NCBI GenBank assembly: GCA_964016885.1
Contig: OZ024747.1
Coordinates: forward strand, 34,038,001-34,102,000
DNA from: Eledone cirrhosa
Lineage: Eukaryota
DNA: 64,000 nt
Reading direction: 5' to 3'
The notes under the pieces were generated by a model. The model searched no databases. It saw nothing but the letters and a program-made list of their open reading frames with translations, and was not told where the DNA came from. Position numbers and translations under genes: made by a program. This document shows positions 54,665 through 64,000 of the stretch, in pieces (position 1 is the stretch's first letter; every line of letters begins with the position of its first letter).

Positions 54665-54709
54665 GCTGACAATGTTTCATCCATACCATGGGGCAGGAAT
54701 CATCAGAGC
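54665..54709 (-). ncRNA. Minimal type I hammerhead ribozyme
   Basis: GCT-CTGATGA-stem II-GAAA-CATTG-TC|AGC. Confidence 0.7.
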
Positions 54710-55584
54710 TTTATAAACACAATTATAGTGCTGAGTATAAGCTCTACCAAGCTTAATCACACGAACATTAGATATACAGTACAGATAATAAGAGGAAGAT
54801 TGGAAATGGAAAGGATGGAGAGAGTGCGTAATGGGGTTGTTATGCAACATTACAGCTACATATGAGGATATAGGCAGATTTTCTCACAAGTGGCGGAGGC
54901 ACATGAGGGCACACAGAAACAAATAAAGCATTTAACGACAGTTAAAAAATATAATAATAATAAAGTAAAAGAAAAGTAGTAATACAAAAAGATAAATAAA
55001 TAATTTAAAAAATAATTAAAAAATTAAAGCACACAAAAGCCTGAAGAAATTATGCATTGGTCACTATATAGAACAGGTTATTTAGTTTCCCATAACTTAG
55101 AGTTATAGAAATATTTAGAGACCCCTAAGGTACTTTCAGAAAGTCCAAAGGGGATTTTATTCCTCCCCATATTATACATAATCAGGGTATACTAGTAAGT
55201 TACGGAATTACGTGAACCAGGGGTACTAAACCTGCATATAGACAGGCACCACATCAATACAAGCCAAACACAGGCAAAGCGGGGTTAATGCATGATCAAG
55301 CTGAAGCAAATAATACACAACAAACATAGTTTAGTCCCTGTACAAGGCACATCTGGCGAGGAGTCACAACATATGTATATCCATCGTAGAAGTTAATCCA
55401 ATCGGTTTCATACGCCCCGATTAGCGAGGATTATAATATAAGTAGATCGTCCCTAGATGGTAATCCAGTACAGAATTTACAACACATGTAGATCGTCCGT
55501 AAAATGTAATCCGGTCCGTAAAATGTAATCCTCGGGAATTAAACATATCTAGTCCTGTAGAAGACAGTTTTATATATATATATA

Positions 55585-55990
55585 CGAGGGCAATCCCAAA
55601 AGTAAGGTCTCCTTCCGATATTGCAACTTCCGATATTGCAACTTTTCCATTAAAATCCTGTGGATGGGACTTCAGCAAACCTCAGGAACCAAAATGCAGA
55701 GAGTATCCAGAGTGATCCGCCGATCTTTACGCAATTTTTCCTCGGAAGAAGACCTTACGTTTGGGATTGCTCTCTATATGATAACTGCGCGAAATTTGCA
55801 CTTGGCGGTAGCGTTCAAGGGGAGCTCCATTCTCAACGGCTGGCAAGCCAAGATTCAGCATCCCAGCGAAGCGCCCGCATGCTTGTTTGGGAATGAAGGA
55901 AGCACCAATCATAACAGTGTCGCCAACAGCCGTACGAACAGTTTCTCTGCGTCCTCACCGCTTTGGAGACCTTACTTTTGGGATTACCCT

Positions 55991-55992
<2 letters not shown>
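55585..55992. mobile_element. Tc1/mariner-derived MITE
   Basis: 28-bp TIRs CGAGGGCAATCCCAAAAGTAAGGTCTCC / GGAGACCTTACTTTTGGGATTACCCTCC, with TA flanks. Confidence 0.85.
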
Positions 55993-56043
<51 letters not shown>

Positions 56044-56749
56044 CATATAAAACGAAAAATCAGTGATGCATCTGAACTCAATTTATTGTGCGTTACAATT
56101 GTTTCGCCGGCGGACAGCTCGAGGCGCGATCATTGTGTGGATCTGTCTGATTCTGGACCCGCAGGTTCGACGGACACGTCTAATGGCTTCGGAGAATATT
56201 CCTCCACTGGGTTATCTGACCCTGTGGGCCAGTACTGTTAAAAGCTTCATCCTCCTTGCGCGTCCAGGGATTGGCCGCTGGTTGCCTACGTCATCATAAA
56301 TACTGACCACAGGTATTATTTCGCTGCCGCATGTCTGCTACACTTCAATGAATTACTGCTGTGTTTGGTAGTCCACACATCCACGCGCGCACTCACACAC
56401 ACACACACACACATACACACATACACACACATACACACACACACAAACACACAACCACATATATACCGATAGACGTATGCATAGGCTCCTGCTATACCCA
56501 CACAATAAGGAGAACATATAAACATATAAAGATACGCATACATTAATATTTAATATTTTTAATATTGCTAATATTTTAAATATTTTTATATATTTTATAT
56601 TTTATACTTTTGTATATACATGTATATGCGTATATGTATGTATATGTATATATATAGGTGTATGTATGTATTTTTTATATGTGTACATGTTTATAAAAAG
56701 ATGCATCCTTTCATGTACGACCCATTGTGTAAATAAAAAAAATCCTAGT

Positions 56750-58857
56750 GCATGCAGATAAAACTAAATATATATAGCTTAGATTACGATACTTATAGAA
56801 AATGTATATATAAGGAACTGCAGAGGAGCAACAGGAAAACTACTACTAAAAACCTAGAAGATATAAATATAGAAGGCCGTAGTATAGTGTGTAAATTAGG
56901 ACTTGAGAGACATACACAGCCAAACACCCCTACGCCCCCCCATATTCTCTCTGAAGGACCATAAAGAAGACTTCATTATTAACCCTTCAATAATACTAAT
57001 TTGCCCTTCCAAATCTGACATTGGTATTATCAGCAAGGACATATTAGATAAAATCATCCCACAATTTAAGCACAAAATATATCTTAACCAATGGGGAAAT
57101 ACAGGTGATGTTATTGAATGGTTCAAGGGTATTAAAGAGAGTAACAATGAAAAAAATGTATACAATTTGATATCAATTCATACTACACCTCTATTTCCCG
57201 TATCCTATTAAATAAGGCTTTAATTATGGTCATGAACAATAGTGACCTGACTAGATCCCAAATTGATGTCATGCTTGCGGCCCGAAATACCATAATTACA
57301 TTTGAAGATCAATTATGGACCCGCAAGGATACGCATAACAACTTTGACATAACTATGGGATCTCGTGACTCGGCGCAGGTCACTGATTTGGTGGGCCTAT
57401 ATCTACCAAATGAAATTCAAAAGCACCTACCCTACCTCAACGGTGGTTTATACCGCGTTGATGCACTACTCCTTATAGACTATAGCAAATTTAATATAGA
57501 AAACCTAGGAAACAATTACACAAAATGTTCAAAAACTTCAACTTAAGTATCACCTTAGATAAAACACTAAAAACGTTAACTTCCTTGATGGTACCCTTAG
57601 CCTAGACTCTAAAATATACACACCCTATCATAAACCTAACAAAAAACTAATTTATGTGAATACCAACTCTAACCACCCCAAATCCATATTAAACTCTATT
57701 ACTAAAGGAATATCTAATATAATCTCTAATCTATCATATAATGAAACCATATTTAACAATAATTCACAATACTATAATGAGGCCTTAGCTAAATCAGAAC
57801 ATAAGATTGGGATTGAATTCCTACCTATAAAATCACATAGTTACAACATTATTTCTCATAATATGGCCATGAGGAAAAATAATAAAAGTACTAGCCACTA
57901 TAACTTTAATACGAAGATTAATACCAAATTTAACTCGTACCAAAGTAAACACCACGGTAATAATATAAACAGGGATACCAATACCTCAAAAAATATTACT
58001 AAAAACAAAAATAGAAGAAGAACTAATACATTCTTCAATCCCCCTTTCGATCTAAACGTCTCTACCAACTTGCCTAAGGCTTCCTTCTCAATCTTAGAAA
58101 AAAACTTCCCACCCGGCCACAAGTACCATAATATTATCAATAAAAATACCATTAAAATCTCGTACTCCACTACACCTAACATATCATACCATATAGCTAG
58201 TAGTAATATAAGAAAGATTAATAATTATTTCCAACTAATTAAAACACAACAGGAGGTAAACGTAGTACCTGTAAACCATAGTAGTAATAATAGTAATAAT
58301 AATAATAATAATAATAGCACTAATGAAATCAATAACATACGAATGACAGACAACATTACCCTAGTGCTATCCCTAGCAACCAGAATTCTTCACAAGATAG
58401 TAACCGGCAAGCTAAAATCCACAATAAATGTAACTGTAGAACTAATAGAACTTGCCCCTTAGGTAATAATTACTTAACCAAAGACATCATCTACTCATGC
58501 ACCGTCAACGCAAACAACTCTTCTAAAAGATATATCGGCTCTACTTCGAACAGCTTCAAGACGAGATTCAACTCGCACCTCCACTCTTTCAAAAAACACA
58601 ATCAAGCCAACTCCACTTCTTTATCTAGCTACGTACACTCTCTGAAAACTAGGAATATACCATTTACACTGCAATGGGAAGTAGTAGCTATGGCCTCACC
58701 GTATAAACCACCGAATAAATTGTGTAATCTCTGTCTTCTAGAGACCCATACTATAATCTTTTCGAAACTAGACTTCCTTAATAGAAATCAGAGACATTTC
58801 CCTCGTGCCAACACCGATACCGTCACTCGTTCCATAACTTTAAACCTAGCTGTTAGT
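56750..58857 (+). pseudogene. Degraded Naiad-type RT plus GIY-YIG
   Basis: FSLKDHKEDF, ICPSKSDIG, ITMGSRDSAQVTDLVG, GLYRVDA, SNHP, FFNPPF, YIGSTS, CNLC. Confidence 0.88.
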
Positions 58858-60194
58858 ATATAGCAATGTCAGATTTGAATTCCCCACCACCATTAACACT
58901 TCACATCTAGGACTTATCAGCCCCCACAGCAACACACTCTTTGATTAGCTCTTTCCTCTACACAACTCCTAGTTATCTCTAACCTTATACTCTGCAATAA
59001 CTGTTAGAATTAAACATAAAGTTACCACATTTTGATATAACTACTATAGCTTAACTATATTATATACAATGGATATTATATGTAATGGATATTTAATATG
59101 TAGAGACATTTAATGTAATATGTAATAATAAACTACATATACATTTATAATTATATAATTAAATATTTAAATTAATTACATGTATATAAAGGATCTACCT
59201 TTAACACAATATTATAATAATAAAGTACATATACATTTATAATTAAATATATACTGTAATAGCATTGTATATAAGGGATTAACTTTTAACACAATAATGT
59301 ATATTATTACATAAATGGTATATCTATTTGGACATATAAACAGCTATACAATTTCCATAACATATATCTGGTCCAGTAATGAATAGATAACAATCTAAAG
59401 GGACCTTTAATGTGTTATAGTAAAATACACTGTATTGAAAATCAAGTATAAATATATAGTATTATGTAATAGTGATTCAATTGTATCACATTATAATGTG
59501 TATTAGAGCAAATAATTTAAATAACTGAATTTAATTAGCTAGTTACCTCCCCTTACGCATTAGCTCCCCTTACTGACTTCCGGAAATTAACCGTTGGAAA
59601 ATCTACCTGTTGAACAACTATAGTCCATGAATAAGAATACAATAAGACTAATTTACATTCCATTGCTTTAACTAACTTAAAACATTCAATATAAACATTA
59701 ACTAAAATATAATTCAAAATATGTAATGGAAAAGACTGCAATAACATTGTTTATCTCAACACACACACATTCAAACACTATCAACATATTACATCCACCA
59801 TAGATTTTTAATACATTAACATATTTGGTTAAAATACAGTATTTATTTATCTATATATGCATAATAACTTTGCTTATTTCCTTCTCATATATATGACAAA
59901 CGCATGTGCACTTTTTACACGCCTGGATATGTATTGCTAATGTACTATTTCTTTCTCAAAGCTCTTTTCTTAATGCCTCTTTAATTATTAGACTATTCTC
60001 TTGTATTACCTGTCGCATGCATTCCACTCGGTGCTTTTAATTTGAATTTGAATTTTTGTACAATTCTCGTAAAATATATGTCACATCCATTCCACGCTGT
60101 AAATACGAAACTGTTGCTGACAACATCAATATATATGTATCTATATTATTGTTCAGTTTAATAGGAGGTTAATTACATGTACAAACATTGATAA

Positions 60195-60240
60195 TGCTCC
60201 GATACTCCAAACGAGAGTTTGGAAGAAACGATTGTCAGCT
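60195..60240 (+). ncRNA. Degenerate hammerhead in PLE 3' region
   Basis: GCT-CCGATAC-TCCAAAC gaga GTTTGGA-A-GAAA-CGATTG-TC|AGC. Confidence 0.5.
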
Positions 60241-62269
60241 ATTAAATGATTTGAAAAAAACTTTGATAATTGTCTAATTTATTTATTTATTTGCAAATGA
60301 GATTAATCACCTCATTTACCCAGACGAGAAATGTATATATTCTCGGCTGTCTTCTAGTCTAGCAGTCGCAAGCGGTGGAAGGCCAGTTAAGCCTGAAATG
60401 CATAGACGGTTGTCCCCCTTGCTTCTGCTGGACATCACCAGAGGGCGTTAGTCCCCCAGTGTTTGCATAGCTACGGCTTCCTAAAACCTTGGAGATACGA
60501 AATATTTATACATATTGTATAAAGCTATGCTTGAAGCGAAATCCTATTTCTTTTTTATGTATAATATTATTTTTTTATTCGTGCGTGGGTGTGTATGGGA
60601 ATATGCGCATACTTCTTGGATTCTATATGGGCCTGTGTGTGTGTGTACAAGCACCCCTGTAGGGAAACGGCTTGTTTGTGTGTATATATATGCGTCTTTA
60701 CGAGGGTGTGTGCATCTGTGCGTGTATATATGGGTACGTGTGTATATATGTGTGTGTGCGTGGGTGGAGGGGGGTCTATGTTCATGACTGTACGTGTTTG
60801 AGTGTACGTGTATACATACGCGTATGCTTGTATATGAGTATGGTTGTGTGTCTATGTATATACGTGCCTCTCTGGATGAATGTATGCGTATGTTTATATG
60901 TTTATATGTTCTCCTTAATGTGTGGGTATTGCGGGAGCCTATGTGTACGAATGTCGGTATCTATGTAGTTGTGTGTGTGTGTGCGTGTGTGTTAGTGCGT
61001 GCGTGGATGTGTGGACTACCAAACACAGCAGTAATTCATTGAACTGTAGCAGACATGCGACAGGGAAATAATACCTGTGGTCAGTATTTATGATGACATA
61101 GGCATCCAGCGGCCAATCACTGGACGCGCGAAAAGGATGAAGTTTTTGACAGTTCTGGCCCACAGGGTCAGATACCCCAATGAGAGAATATGCTCCGAAA
61201 TCATTAGACGTGTCCGTCGAACCTGCGGGTCCAGAATCAGCCAGATCCACACAATGATCGCGTCTCGAGCTGTCTGCCGGCGAAACAATTGTAACACACA
61301 ATAAATTGCGTTCAGATGCATCACTAATTTTTCGTTTTATATTATATCATACTCTGCTCTGTAAGATCATAGAGTGCTCAGCCGGCATACCGCCTATGGA
61401 AGCACCCGACCCCCACCCGACCCCCCCATATATATATATATATATATATATATCTCACTCAGCTGATACTTTGATTCTGTCTTACTCCAATTTTTCTTCT
61501 CTATCTTTCTGGATTTGTACCAGCCTCTAGAAAAGAATTTGTATGATATCACTACCACTATTCTCTCTGTTCAACACACATAAATGCTTACAAATACACA
61601 TATTGTACATATAGTGTATATATGTACACATATTTCAACAACGACGATGTCACCGACTTTGCTGATGAGAATGCCAACCTCAACAACCACCTCCACCACT
61701 ATCAACACCACTTCCATCAATAACATTACTATTCCTATCACTATCATCACAATCTCACTTGCATCTTTACTGACACACATATATATACATACTGAAATAC
61801 ACATACCTCTCCCCTCCAGCCATTATCTAACAGCTTCACTTTAGAACTCTACCTTCTCACCCTCGCTTCTTCTCTTCCATTTCCCCCCTTACCATGACTT
61901 GTCACTTATTCCCTATCCATTTCCTCCCACTAATCGTTAACTACAAACAGTTCAATCGTTAACAGGAATACATTTTGCTCTACTCATTAGACGTCTACTT
62001 TCAATGTAAATTTGTGGCTTTACTGAAAAAACCCAAAAGAAAACAACAAAAAAACTCGCCCGAAAAGCAACTCGACTCAATGGCAACGTTACACATTAAA
62101 ACTGGTTGGTCGATGGTACTTAGTCGGAACTATCAGAAGACTGCAGAAACAGTTTTTCTTCTTTTTTTTATTAAGCAGAAATGGCATTTCATTAAGAATA
62201 TCATGACCATGAAATCAATATCGAAATTGGCAAGCAGAAATCGTACAGAAGAGGACTAAATAAAATGTT

Positions 62270-64000
62270 TTGCAGTACAATACGTTGCTGTGTCTTTATA
62301 AGTTGTATGTATGGTGCCCTGCGTATATATTGGTGGGAGTTCGAGGTGCACTGTTGTTTTATATACGGTGGCGTGTTTGACCAGTCCACGTTGAAGTTGC
62401 GTATAATTACTGGTATGGCTAGTGCATTAATGGCCTCTATTTCGTTCTGGTATTTAGTACATTCTTCATAATGGCTCTAATTCTTCGGACTTGTCACATT
62501 TATTGTGCCCGAATTTTGGTATCAGCACTAAATTGTTTTACAGTCTAAAGGAAGCCTTGTAGCTGCTGATTGTTCTCTTTTCTTTTTTGCCAAGAGAGTT
62601 TCAATTCATCTATATTGAAAAGATAATTGATGTGGCATTTATAAGCCTTATAACTATATTCAGTTTCATTTAGTAATTTGCTTCGGGGAATCAGTGTGAT
62701 GCAGGGCAATAAAAGGGTAATGAGTAATCTTCTATGTTTTCTCATTTGATACTGACAGAGTTAATATTGATGGTATCAGTATTAAGAATATATGTTGTTT
62801 TCCAAAGCTTCATGTCATTAGATAATATTTTCTGATTACAGGTGAGGTTCAGCTTATCTGAAGATATTTTTCAATCCAGCTGTGAGAAAACCTATCATAG
62901 GATTTTTAATAGTCTATCCATGTAATTGAAAGATACCTCTGCCTATTGTGAAATCATCAAGGATCATGTTGATTATATGTTGCTCCTTACATCCATAAGA
63001 ACAGCGCTTACTTCCTTTTTGTTTGACAAGAAATAGTTGTGTGTGGACTGTCAGAACTGATGAGGACTTTTGACAATGTTTTCGGGCATCTAAAGATCTA
63101 TCATTTTTTGGGGATATTGGTCTCATAACTTTTAAGGAGCAAGGTGTTCCCATTCACCAGTCACCGAGGGATCATTGGTGCTTTTTTATTACAAAATTGC
63201 AAAAGAAAATTAAGCTTGCTTTTTTGAGAATTCTTTAAGACATTCAACCAAAATGTGGGGATTTTATCCTTAACAGAAGATCTCGATTTATTAAATTTTT
63301 TTATTGAACGTTTTTCATCATCTACACTTATCTCCGTCCACCTCCGTTCTTTTATATGTTCTCTGTCTTGTTTTTGTTGATTATTCCATCACACATTACA
63401 ACTGGGTTCTAATTCATCATATATATCTTGTATTTCTTGTTTTGAGGGAGCATATTTTACTTCGATTAGGCTTGTTTTCCTATAATTATGTACAATCATT
63501 TTCGGGTAGCTTTGAACACGTTGTTGACTTTGAAGTGAGGAATCTAAATTCGTTTTCAAAGAGGCGTATGCGTGTAGATTTAACTCGCATTTTTCTATTA
63601 TCTTCGCTGCTGTTTCATCAATTTGGTTGTTTGATTCTATTTCATACATTCTCTTGATTTATTCCAATTTTTGAAAGTTTCATGTTGGAATTTAGCCTAT
63701 AGTATCCAGTATTTTTCTGCCAGAACAAAAAAAAAAAACATTCATTTGTTTCTTGATCTTTTCTTGCTGTACTGGCATTTTTCGAAGGTTTGCTACTTTG
63801 TTTCTGAGTTTCATGTCACATGTCTTTCTGTACACATTAGCAGCATCATATATTATATCATTGAAGGTTTTCATGTTTTTTTTTTTTTATCATGAAATAT
63901 TTATTTATCATAAAATATTTGCATGTCATTTCTGTTAGAGTTACGGATGTTTGAAAGATCATGGTGGTCGCTCATATCCATATTTGGACTTTGATCCATT
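62270..64000 (-). mobile_element. Degraded R4/Dong-like non-LTR retrotransposon (RT region), continues beyond the window
   Basis: PKNDRSL (PKNYRPI-like), KQKGSKRCSYGCKEQHIINMILDD, IGRGIFQ, INYLFNIDELKL (INHLLYMDDLKL-like), KFGHNKC, RNEIEAINALAIPVI. Confidence 0.75.

Larger units (their letters stand above)
56045..61345. repeat. ~480-bp inverted repeats (56045-56545 / 60878-61345) around a Naiad element
   Basis: Arms are diverged reverse complements. Degenerate HHR-like TGATGA..TCCAG..CTGGA..GAAA at ~61090-61135. Confidence 0.85.

Noticed and set aside
56063-61324. Twin 78-aa ORFs (56063+ and 61088-) as a duplicated small gene
   Set aside because: They lie in the inverted-repeat arms; no recognisable domain or independent support.

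Overview
AT-rich, microsatellite-dense eukaryotic genomic DNA, most likely intronic or intergenic DNA of an invertebrate. The tRNA-headed Nin-type SINE and the repeat landscape suggest an octopod cephalopod, which is inference from recalled sequence. No complete host gene is visible, only candidate micro-exons. The window is a nest of retroelements inserted into (TA)n tracts. It holds about 9 Penelope-like elements (PLEs) or coding fragments, mostly Naiad-type RT (LYRDD) plus C-terminal GIY-YIG. One has a 647-aa open ORF and one is near full length with direct pseudo-LTRs. At least 10 hammerhead ribozyme (HHR) motifs sit in PLE termini. Also present: two RTE-clade LINE remnants, an R4/Dong-like LINE remnant, a non-autonomous Helitron, a mariner-type MITE, about 11 tRNA-derived SINE copies and an RTE-related SINE. 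The most striking pattern is that PLE insertions are repeatedly fold-back palindromes, from about 120 bp to about 5 kb, with both ends joined to (TA)n. In five independent short copies the palindrome pivots inside hammerhead stem II. This suggests a ribozyme- and (TA)n-dependent integration route (snap-back or dual-end priming) that produces hairpin mini-elements. All calls were made by eye; coordinates are approximate to about 10-20 bp.
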